Origin: Laetmonice hystrix
Taxonomy: Eukaryota
Assembly: GCA_965235115.1 (NCBI GenBank)
Contig: OZ249436.1
Coordinates: forward strand, 17,484,001-17,548,000
Reading direction: 5' to 3'
Length of the DNA: 64,000 bases
Below, piece by piece: positions 25,460-37,200 of the stretch. A model generated the notes under the pieces. It was not told the DNA's origin, ran no database searches, and saw only the letters and a list, made by a program, of their open reading frames with translations. The position numbers were made by a program, and so were the translations under genes. Position 1 is the first letter of the stretch. Each line of letters begins with the position of its first letter.

Positions 25460-26830
25460 CGTGTCTGATACCACATACAGTAACTGACTGTATGATACCA
25501 CATACAGTAACCGACTGTCTGATACCACATACAGTAACTGTCTGATACCACATACAGTAACCGACTGTCTGATACCACATACAGTAACCGACTGTCTGAT
25601 ACCACATACAGTAACTGTATGATACCACATACAGTAACCGACTGTCTGATACCACATACAGTAACCGACTGTCTGATACCACATACAGTAACTGTCTGAT
25701 ACCACATACAGTAACCGACTGTCTGATACCACATACAGTAACCGACTGTCTGATACCACATACAGTAACCGACTGTCTGATACCACATACAGTAACCGAC
25801 TGTCTGATACCACATACAGTAACTGTATGATACCACATACAGTAACCGACTGTCTGATACCACATACAGTAACCGACTGTCTGATACCACATACAGTAAC
25901 CGACTGTCTGATACCACATACAGTAACTGTCTGATACCACATACAGTAACTGACTGTCTGATACCACATACAGTAACTGACTGTCTGATACCACATACAG
26001 TAACCGACTGTCTGATACCACATACAGTAACTGTCTGATACCACATACAGTAACCGACTGTCTGATACCACATACAGTAACCGACTGTCTGATACCACAT
26101 ACAGTAACCGACTGTCTGATACCACATACAGTAACTGACTGTCTGATACCACATACAGTAACTGACTGTCTGATACCACATACAGTAACTGACTGTCTGA
26201 TACCACATACAGTAACCGACTGTCTGATACCACATACAGTAACCGACTGTCTGATACCACATACAGTAACCGACTGTCTGATACCACATACAGTAACCGA
26301 CTGTCTGATACCACATACAGTAACTGACTGTCTGATACCACATACAGTAACTGACTGTCTGATACCACATACAGTAACTGACTGTCTGATACCACATACA
26401 GTAACTGACTGTCTGATACCACATACAGTAACTGACTGTCTGATACCACATACAGTAACCGACTGTCTGATACCACATACAGTAACCGACTGTCTAACAC
26501 CACATACAGTAACTGGCTGTTGCTGGACCGCGGGAGAATATACACCTGTATGTCTTGTTACTCGTGTCTTACACCACATACAGTAACTGACAGTTGCTAG
26601 GCCGCGGGATATGGCTTGTTACTCGTGTCTGACACCACATACAGTAACTGACTGTTGCTGGGCCGCGGGAGAATATATACATTTGTCTGTCTGATACCAC
26701 ATACAGTAACTGACTGTTGCTGGGCCGCGGGAGAATATATACATCTGTCTGTCTGATACCACATACAGTAACTGACTCTGTTATATGGTTGGGTAATGTA
26801 GCTAGAACAATTGTTGCTGGGCCGCGGGAG
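25460..26830. repeat. 27/23-bp minisatellite (about 40 copies) grading into composite repeats
   Basis: ATACCACATACAGTAAC(C/T)GACTGTCTG with interspersed 4-nt-deleted units. 26510-26830 mixes this unit with TTGCTGGGCCGCGGGAGAATAT. Confidence 0.95.
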
Positions 26831-28222
26831 AATATAAAATAAAAACGAGGATTGAGGATGAAAATAATGAAAAACTCGACGATGATCGACGGTAGCCTAT
26901 TCATAATTTATTGAACTTTTACATCGGGCCACTGGAACCCCTGTCTGGATGTGATACTTGTGTCAGATAGCAATATTTGAAGTTTACAAGTTTACAAGTT
27001 TTAAGTTTACAAGAATATCATCACACGTTGTTTTACTTAAACTTTTAGACTACTGTTCGAGCGTACAATAATACATATACCCCAGGTAGAGGTGCGGCGT
27101 TGAGGTCCATTAGATATGATGTATGCCCCTACTATTATAATCACAGAATTAAACAAAGTTTTCTCCCCAAACCATCCTGTAGTTACCTAAGTCATGGACA
27201 ATATGATAGATCTACGGCGCATCTACATCTTATGTACATCTGATTTAATACAAATGAAAACAATGATCAATTTCTACCTTTTTTCAAACTTAAATCTACG
27301 GATGACCTTTTTTGATTCGTGAGTGAATAAAAAAAGGGTTAGTCAGGCTCTCCCTCTCTTCTCTCTCTCTCTCTCACTCTTTCTCTCTCTATCTTTTTCT
27401 CTATATCTCTATTCTCTCTGTGTCTGTCGTTCTCTTTCTGTCTCTCTCCCTCTATATTTTTCTCTCTCTATCACAGGCTACCCCTTTTTGTCATTGAGTC
27501 ATATGACCTTATGACGTCATGAGACCGTCCAATAGGAGGTGCAGAGCGTGCGTCAGTGTTTAAGCTTGACGTGTGTCAGAATGGTTACAATTAACGTCCA
27601 TGATACCAGTTACAACGTTTACAGTGGATTATATACTGTTCAAGTCTGCCGTGATGACGGCCTGTCATCATGTCACCACGGAAATATTGACCGGGACACT
27701 TCGTCATCGGGTGACAATGTCTGGTTTTACCTTCGCCATACCCGTATCCATACCTACACGTTATAGTTATTTCAGACCCACGTCGGCCTACATTACGGTA
27801 AATACTTTCAGTAAAACGTACAATCTACTCAAAGGAAAGGTCTGAGGATTTTATAACTTAATCTGTAGCCGGCCCACTATAAATATTCATGTTGTATAGG
27901 CCTGTATTAACATTTAATTGAGGACACTAGGCGGGTAGTTGTAGGCGGTGGTATGGGGCCCTGTCGTTGTAGGCGGTGGGGCCCTGCTGTCGTAGATCAG
28001 TCAACGGTCATCTTGAACACCTCAAAACTCTCGCGATGTGAGACATCAAAATGGGATCTTCACGTCGTCTTTTATACTGGAAAATAGGATTTGTACAACA
28101 GACATGTATAATTAGCAGCGGCATAATCGTTTTCTACCTATTGAATATCAGGTTTGGCCTATGTTTATCGAGTCAAATTTACGAATCCATGACTTCGGAT
28201 CAGATAGTAAATATAAACGATT

Positions 28223-28592
28223 NNNNNNNNNNNNNNNNNNNNNNNNNNNNNNNNNNNNNNNNNNNNNNNNNNNNNNNNNNNNNNNNNNNNNNNNNNNNNN
28301 NNNNNNNNNNNNNNNNNNNNNNNNNNNNNNNNNNNNNNNNNNNNNNNNNNNNNNNNNNNNNNNNNNNNNNNNNNNNNNNNNNNNNNNNNNNNNNNNNNNN
28401 NNNNNNNNNNNNNNNNNNNNNNNNNNNNNNNNNNNNNNNNNNNNNNNNNNNNNNNNNNNNNNNNNNNNNNNNNNNNNNNNNNNNNNNNNNNNNNNNNNNN
28501 NNNNNNNNNNNNNNNNNNNNNNNNNNNNNNNNNNNNNNNNNNNNNNNNNNNNNNNNNNNNNNNNNNNNNNNNNNNNNNNNNNNNNNNNNNNN
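28223..28592. other. Assembly gap (N)
   Basis: Run of N. Confidence 1.
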
Positions 28593-29082
28593 ACCTGTCT
28601 GTGAGGGTATAACTGCCGGTGAGAGTGGTAACGATGGTTCTGTTGCTCCCTGTTTCTGCGGTTTTATAATCGAACCCAAAGCAACTTTCTGGTGAAGCAG
28701 GCTTGACTGTGTTTGACTTCTTCCGGTATTCCCTGCACACGGAACATGAACAGGTAAACATGAATATTGTGATTATAGCTTTTCTTAACTTCAGCTTTGT
28801 TTAGACGTACCATAACTGAACATAACTGAACTCTAGGCATTAGAATTCCCCTGGCGGAGAGCAACAGAACTACACAGAAATGGTCATGGTCTGTTAAACT
28901 GTCAACCCGATTTTGTGACTACTGAAACTTATTACTTGACATGGATATACAAAAGTGACATGGGTAAAAGACATAATACAATGACCTACAGTACAGGTCT
29001 TAACTTTCTCTTATTCTTACGGGAGGGGTATCGGTGATACAGCACTCATACACACACTGTCTTACATAACAAAGGCCAACCT

Positions 29083-29227
29083 CTAATATTGCGCACCCAA
29101 TCACCAAGCCTGGATTCTGTAATATTGCGCACCCAATCACCAAGCCTGGATTCTCTAACATTGCGCACCCAATCACCAAGCCTGGATTCTCTAACATTGC
29201 GCACCCAATCACCAAGCCTGGATTCAA
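29083..29227. repeat. 36-bp tandem repeat, 4 copies
   Basis: TATTGCGCACCCAATCACCAAGCCTGGATTCTCTAA-like unit. Confidence 0.85.
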
Positions 29228-29278
29228 TAGCACGGTTCGTAACGAAGACATCATAATAATGAAGCAAATGGTCCAGAT

Positions 29279-29801
29279 AGGCGCGGATCCAGCCCCAGGG
29301 TTTCATGAAGGGTCATGGGGTTCAGTGGGGTGTTTCACTAAAGCACGTCGGACCGTCCGACCGGCGACGGACAGCCTCTCGCTTGGTTGTAGGATCTATG
29401 GTTGTAGGGCCTGCAATTTGTGGTCCGTCGCCTGTCGGACGGTCCGACGCGCTAAGTGAAACAGCCGCCATGCAGGGTTTTCTCAAAGGGCACCTGCAGA
29501 ACAGGCGCGGATACAGCACTGCAAAGGGGGGGGGGGGCGCCCTCGAACATCTGCAGGGGAGGGTCTGGGCACCTCCCCCAGAAAATGTTTGAATTTGGAA
29601 GGTAAAAAAAACCCCGCTATTTCCTGGCATCTGGAGATAGAAATTGTGACGGAATGCGAAAGTTTCTCAAAGCATTTAGGCCCGTGCACCCCCCGCTTGC
29701 CCTTGGATCCGCGCCTGTAAAAGTTAGCCAAGAAGGGATCTTTGTGGCCCAAGGGGGATTCGAACCCCCGACCCCCCCCCCCCCCTCTGGATCCGCGCCT
29801 G
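29279..29801. mobile_element. Cluster of nested MITE-like elements
   Basis: AGGCGCGGAT(C/A)CAG left ends at about 29279 and 29503; TGGATCCGCGCCTG right ends at about 29718 and 29801. A separate hairpin element of about 130 bp lies at 29332-29461. Confidence 0.55.
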
Positions 29802-31117
29802 CCAGGCAGGCATTAAAAACAATAATGACTTAGATTCTATTCGCAGGATTGTTGTCTCGTTCATTGAAAGGAGGAAGGACAATTCCGTCTTCTTAAGGTT
29901 GAATTACAATTAAAGTCATGATAATATTGACACTAATGAATGAGGAATCAGATGAGATGACAAACATACGACACAAGTATTGAAGTAAGATCAACGAGGT
30001 AACCGTTCTGGTTCAATCAATTCTCGAAGCATAAAGAGGCCCACTCTCATTGGATCGTCTGGCGCCCACCTTTCGATCGCAGCGCCACGAGGTGGTGGAT
30101 GGATTTCTTCATAGACATAACGTCTCTTCAAATAGGCCTATCAAAAATATCTATCCCAGGGTTCACGTGATCTCGAGTTCCAGAAGTTAACACCCTAACC
30201 ACCAGACGGCGCTGCGATCGCAGAGCACCCTCTTTTGACACTCCGAGGGTGACCACCTTGCGTGGGTTCATGACAACACGAAATCATGGGTAGGCAGAAT
30301 TTACAACGTTCACACTTTGTTCACACCGACAACGTCTCGTCGTTTGCACTTACAGCAGAACTCGGTCTCCTAGCGGCCATCAAGAGAAACACTATCATAA
30401 GTTTTGTGTCAACCCGAAAACAGGGTTTCTTACAACCTTCGAGCCACAGTATTTGAAAATAGCAATGCCTCGCGAGAGGGAAATTTTAGAGGACCGGGGT
30501 TGGACGACATATTGAGACGCGGCAAGCCGGCCCGACTCGATGTCAGAACCTCTTACCCAGATAAAGCACTGCGCAGTTTGTTTATAAATAGGCTACTGAC
30601 TGAAAATAACCTGTTACACCTGAGAAGTATAAGCCTATAGCTTATAATCTATCGGCTTTTGCTTAATTCTATAGTACCTTAAGATTGACTCTTATTCAAG
30701 GTGCAATTCGAAGAGAGTGTGATCTACCAACACACCACATGCGATGTCGCACAACGTCGCGCGATTAACACAAACTTAAAATTTGTATTCAGCGTGTACC
30801 ACGTGTCGTCATGGTAACAATAATGTGGCCTCAGTCACACTGACAACCCGCCATCGCTTCACGCGTCGCTCTACGAAGGCGACCGTCGCGTGCGGTGTGT
30901 CTGATCGCCGTACGGAACGCTTCCGCCAGCAGCCGTAAAATTCATGCACCAGCGCTTTCAATAGCCACCTGGCGAGGAATGCTGAAACTTACCGAGGGCG
31001 ACGGGAGGACGGAAGTAACCTACATCGACACAGAAAACATCTCGGTGAAAACATCAACATGCCGCACGAACTGGACTCTCTCTGTCTCTGTCTGTCTGTC
31101 TGCCTGTCTGCTCGTCC

Positions 31118-31162
<45 letters not shown>

Positions 31163-31362
31163 TCTCTCTAGGTCTCCCTAGCTCTCAACAACGTTTTAAG
31201 CCTGTATGGAAGGTTGGGTTGTTGGCGATCTCACCCCAAACCTCGTTTTTATCACCTTCCACGAGCAGGGGTCAGCTATACAACTGCTTTGAGTAAATTG
31301 ATCTCGTCGTGTTTTAAACAATACAAAGTTCATTAAATACCAGAGGAGATCTTCGTTCTTAC

Positions 31363-34210
31363 CTCTACTGGTTGTGCTGGATTCATCTCTCAACAGATCA
31401 CAGCCGAGATAGTGCATCCACATGATCTGCGTTTCCTTTTTAAGGAGGCAGTAGAAGACAAATATAAAAAGTCCTTGTAAGGTGTTAAAGATGGCGAACA
31501 GGTAGTGGAACACGATGCCAGCGCCACCTATCGCGAAGAAAGCGAAACCCCACGTAAGCCCGAGCAGGACCATGATGCTCACGGCCCCGCGCAGGCGCGA
31601 TAGCATGGTGACCCGTCTTGACCTGTCCAACTTCTTACTGTCCATGATCCGCAGTTGGTTGGAAACGAGGCCGAACGTCACAAGGTTGAGGACCAGGATA
31701 ATTGTTACCGGGGCCAGGAAGGTTACGAAAAATGGCGTCCTTGACAACCAGCATCTGTACGTCAACAACGGCCAAAAGGTCATTAGTTTTAGACATCGGA
31801 AAAATCACGGAGGGTGGAACCTATACCCTCTCTGTACTCTACTCAATTTGTTGAGTAAACAGTGATTGGTTTTGTTTAAGGTTTGTTTCTAAATCAGATA
31901 TTAAAGTTCGACTCACATTTCTCCCTGTAGGCCGTAGTTACTCGTGTTGACAGCGAGCGTAGACAGGACGATGACCAACGGCGAACCTGGAAACGGGAAA
32001 TGTCTACAGGTCCTATTGGGCTAAGCTACATCAGACACAGAGAGACAGTGGCTACATAGAAATGTGGGCCCTATATGGTTACACCAGACACAGAGGGACA
32101 GGGGGTACATAGAAATGTCGGTCCTATACGGATACACCAGACACAGAGAGAAAGGGGTAGGCCTACATGGAAATGTAGGTCCTATATGGTTACACCAGAC
32201 ACAGAGAGGCAGGGAGTATATAGAAATGTAGCTGGGTCCTATTTAGGCCTATTTAGGCTACACCAGACACAGGGAGACAGGAGGTACTACATAGAAATGT
32301 CGCTCCTATATGATTGCACCAGACACAGAGGGACAGGGGTACATAGAAATGTAGGTCCTATATGGCTACACCAGACACAGAGACAGGGGGACATAGAAAT
32401 GTCGGTTCTATACGTGGTTATACCAGTGAGGACGGAGTCAAGGAGTGAACTTTTTGTTGTTTCCCGTTGGACGCTTGTTCTAACCTTTCACACCCAGACG
32501 TCATACCATACGTCACAGCGATCCTTGTCCCAGTGACCCATACGTCCCAGTGACCCATACGTCCCACTCATATACAGTGTCAGATTGGTGTCGTACTTGT
32601 CTCTTACTTACCCCAGCCGACGAGTACACACTTCAACATGAACTTGGTGTAGTAGGTCTGGAATACACGAACCAGGGCCTGGTACATGTAGAACGCTTCC
32701 AATGACATCCACACCATGGCCGCCAGGAGGCAGTAATGAGTGGCTGCCGCAAATATCTGGAGTGACAATGGGAAAATATACAGCAACGGGGAAGGGTCGA
32801 GGGGGCATGGTGGAACAGGGGGTCGAGGGGGCATGGTGGAACAGGGGAGGGTCGAGGGGGCAGGGTGGAACAGGGGGTCGAGGGGGCAGGGTGGAACAGG
32901 GGGAGGGTTATCTGGGGCCATGCTGCGCTAATTCAAGTTACGTTTATTCACGGCATTGAAAAGTATTTGCCCTGAACAAAGCTATATTTAAAGCTACTCA
33001 AGGTTTCTCCTGGATTAGTTGATTGGGACCAGGCGGACGGACAGACTAGCAGAGACACCCATAGTTACCATACATATTCACTTGTCGATATTACATTATT
33101 ATGCTCTACATCAATTTTACGACACATCGCTTGCGTTCATCGTGCCACACGTCGCGACGCGCGGCCCAGTGTTGGCGAACATCGCGTACCTTGCAGGCGA
33201 TGTGGTTGCCCCTGACGAAGCCCTGGGTGGTGAGGACGAAGGCGATGATGACCCCCAGCAGCGCGGCTGTCAGGTTAACCAGGATCTTGGCTGGGTTCTC
33301 TGTCCTCAACTTCCTGCAGCACAAACCCGCAATGGACACTTACTTCCTGGTTAGGCCTAACTTGTGGAACATCTCAAATCCTCACCTTTAGACGTTCTGC
33401 CTTTAATTCAGGGATATGCGTGGATTTGTCGTCGGCTTATCAAGAAACGAGATAGATCTAAGCCTATTTATGTATAATCTTCAGCGAATCCCATGGAATC
33501 CATAGCTGTAGCAGGATACCTAGGCCTATCTCTAGGCCTACAGTTAATGCTCAATCGACTTCCCATAGTACCACCACAGTTACCCTTGTACACGTCAGAG
33601 GGCGCCACCCCTAACACAGCACGTAACCATACATGGATAACACGCACGCTCACTGGTTAATGATATTACTATTTTTCCAATCGGAACACTCCGGCAATTC
33701 CCGGAAGAAGTCGGAGGATGGAAATAGCCTCGGACAGTGTAAGTGCAATTTTTGCAGACAAATATTTCCCGATTTTCAATTTTGTACTTAGGCAGGCGTG
33801 ATCAGTCCCAGGTGGCTCTTACCGAAAGTCGTAATATTTAGCAGCCAACACGCCTCCGATCACCAGCCTCCGATCTCTTCTAGGAATAATATTGTCAAAG
33901 TGTTTCAACTGCCACTTTTCGTCTGGTGGTGGTTGGGTTTCTTGGGAGACAAATTAATTTAAATATTTCTAAATAATGTCCGGTCAGAAGCCAGAAGGTA
34001 TGAACGTGTTGATTCTCTAACAGATGCCACCACACGGCGCTGCGATCGCAGTGTGCCCTCTGAGGTGCGCCCTGTCTCCTACCTGAATCCCAGGTATGTT
34101 ATGAGGGTACACAGCAAGCCGAACCCCGACAACCCACATCCAATGTACGAGATGTACGACAGCGCCAGCTGGTGACCTTCGTCTATACTACCGGCGTTCC
34201 CATAAACGTC
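31363..34210 (-). CDS. aGPCR secretin-like 7TM region, 5 exons
   Basis: LALSYISYIGCGLS, KLRTENPAKILVNL, THYCLLAAMVWMSLEAFYMY, VGWGSPLVIV, CWLSRTPFFVTFLAPV, LRGAVSIMVLLGLTWGFAFF, YLFAIFNTLQGLFIFVFYC are typical ADGRG-type TM motifs. Confidence 0.96.
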
Positions 34211-37200
34211 CTGAGGAATATAACACGCTATGAACCATGGGAAGAGGCACGTGATACGTCGATCGACAGGAACGCTCTGGCTGAAGGAGGCTCTTACATA
34301 GGCCTATTTAAACTTTACAACTAAAACTCACTACGTTACTCACTGATACCTTATGCTGCGAATGGGTGCAGTAATCTTGGGGCCGGGGTTCGATTCCAGT
34401 AGAGGACTATACAACTTTTCTCTTTCCGGACATTCTCTAAGTAACTGGGTTACGCCTGATGCCCGTGCATTTAAGAAGAAAATTGGTACATGAAATCGTA
34501 CTGAAACGATTAGAGCGCCTCCTACCATGAGAAGAGCGAAGTTGGTGAGGTGGTCACACTGGCAGATTGACCGCCCCCTGTCGGTGTGTAGTAGCCAACA
34601 ACCCTGGGTTGACCAGCCGGCCCTGACGGAGTCCCAGAATACACACCGTGCTGACGTACCGGGCTGAATGAGAAAGTCGGGGGTTAGCGACGCCGGGAAC
34701 TGAAGCCATGGTCCAGGAGACATGTACCGTATTGGAGAGGTATCGGGGAGGGGCGAGCTAGCTATATGTGTATGTACTGGATAACCTGAGCATACCTAGA
34801 AGTAATTTGGTGGCTCCACCTGGCGGGCCAGAGAGGAGAATCTTCTAAAGAGCAGGACTCATAATAAAAAACACTTCCTTGCTATCCCCCAAAAGAACTT
34901 AGAAGACATTTAACTATCTTCCATGTGAAATGTGTGTGCATGGATATATTTTTAAGGCTTTATAATATAATGTCACCTACCATAGTGTGGGTCAGAGTGA
35001 CAGTTATGGGGTCGGTATAACGTCGTCACCTACCTTAGTGTGGGTCAGAGTGACAGTTATGGGGTCGGTATAATGTCGTCACCTACCTTAGTGTGGGTCA
35101 GAGTGACAGTTATGGGGTCGGTATAATGTCGTCACCTACCTTAGTGTGGGTCAGAGTGACAGTTATGGGGTCAGTATAATGTCGTCACCTACCTTAGTGT
35201 GGGTCAGAGTGACAGTTATGGGGTCGGTATAATGTTGTCACCTACCTTAGTGTGGGTCAGAGTGACAGTTATGGGGTCGGTATAATGTCGTCACCTACCT
35301 TAGTGTGGGTCAGAGTGACAGTTATGGGGTCGGTATAATGTCGTCACCTACCTTAGTGTGGGTCAGAGTGACAGTTATGGGGTCGGTATAATGTTGTCAC
35401 CTACCTTAGTGTGGGTCAGAGTGACAGTTATGGGGTCGGTATAATGTCGTCACCTACCTTAGTGTGGGTCAGAGTGACAGTTATGGGGTCGGTATAATGT
35501 CGTCACCTACCTTAGTGTGGGTCAGAGTGACAGTTATGGGGTCGGTATAATGTCGTCACCTACCTTAGTGTGGGTCAGAGTGACAGTTATGGGGTCGGTA
35601 TAATGTCGTCACTTACCTTAGTGTGGGTCAGAGTGACAGTTATGGGGTCGGTATAATGTTGTCACCTACCTTAGTGTGGGTCAGAGTGACAGTTATGGGG
35701 TCGGTAGAATGTCGTCACCTACCATAGTGTGGGTCAGAGTGACAGTTATGTGGTCGGTATAATGTTGTCACCTACCTTAGTGTGGGTCAGAGTGACAGTT
35801 ATGGGGTCGGTATAATGTCACCTACCTTAGTGTGGGTCAGAGTGACAGTTATGGGGTCGGTATAATGTCGTCACCTACCTTAGTGTGGGTCAGAGTGACA
35901 GTTATGGGGTCTGTATAATGTCGTCACCTACCTTAGTGTGGGTCAGAGTGACAGTTATGGGGTCGGTAGAATGTCGTCACCTACCTTAGTGTGGGTCAGA
36001 GTGACAGTTATGGGGTCGGTAGAATGTCGTCACCTACCTTAGTGTGGGTCAGAGTGACAGTTATGGGGTCGGTATAATGTCGTCACCTACCTTAGTGTGG
36101 GTCAGAGTGACAGTTATGGGGTCGGTATAATGTCGTCACCTACCTTAGTGTGGGTCAGAGTGACAGTTATGGGGTCGGTATAATGTCGTCACCTACCTTA
36201 GTGTGGGTCAGAGTGACAGTTATGGGGTCGGTATAATGTTGTCACCTACCTTAGTGTGGGTCAGAGTGACAGTTATGGGGTCGGTATAATGTTGTCACCT
36301 ACCTTAGTGTGGGTCAGAGTGACAGTTATGGGGTCGGTATAATGTCACCTACCTTAGTGTGGGTCAGAGTGACAGTTATGGGGTCGGTATAATGTCGTCA
36401 CCTACCTTAGTGTGGGTCAGAGTGACAGTTATGGGGTCGGTATAATGTCGTCACCTACCTTAGTGTGGGTCAGAGTGACAGTTATGGGGTCGGTATAATG
36501 TCGTCACCTACCTTAGTGTGGGTCAGAGTGACAGTTATGGGGTCGGTATAATGTCGTCACCTACCTTAGTGTGGGTCAGGGTGACAGTTATGGGTCGGTA
36601 TAATGTCGTCACCTACCTTAGTGTGGGTCAGAGTGACAGTTATGGGGTCGGTATAATGTCGTCACCTACCTTAGTGTGGGTCAGAGTGACAGTTATGGGG
36701 TCAGTAAGATTGAAGAGATGTTTCCGACCCACTGCAGCAGAAATTACATGACTGTTTATAGTGCCCAGATCCTGCTCCGCCTCATCATCCGTACTTCTGG
36801 TTTCGTATCTTGATGTGTTTGATACACTTTCAGCTGCCTGGTCAATAGAAAACAGCTTTGTTTAAGATGCCATAGACTATCAAAATGATAACTAATTTTA
36901 CTGTTTCTTTCCAGCATTTTACAGCATGTCTTGTCCTTGTGAGTACAGCGTCATTTCAGATAATACATTAATTTTTCCAGAGTGCATTTGGCCGAAGGCT
37001 TTATTTAGAGAGGCGAAACCGTAATCTAGCCTCGGGTTCTGATACAGGAAATGGAGCTTACCTTAAAGAATACGAACTTGCTGTAGATGACAAACTGCAC
37101 TAGCTGTCTGTCGCGCCCCCTGTTGACGGCCGTCTGAACCACAGAGCCAGGAAGCGTTATGCTGGCCACAACGTCACTGTTACTGTCGGTCACACTGTCG

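Noticed and set aside
25417-26579. Three overlapping 350-375 aa ORFs on the minus strand
   Set aside because: They are stop-free readings of the 27-bp satellite; purely repetitive peptides with no splice context.
27539-27845. Short plus-strand ORFs between the convergent genes
   Set aside because: No recognisable motifs or convincing splice sites; probably UTR or intergenic.
28051-28761. Long ORFs spanning N-runs (also 40733-41367, 42631-43330, 46657-47322)
   Set aside because: Artefacts of X codons; only the separately listed exon parts are supported.
30077-30222. GGCGCTGCGATCG inverted pair / CTCF-like CCACCAGACGGCGC (similar motif near 34030)
   Set aside because: Too short, with no TSD; cannot distinguish MITE remnant, insulator motif or chance from sequence alone.
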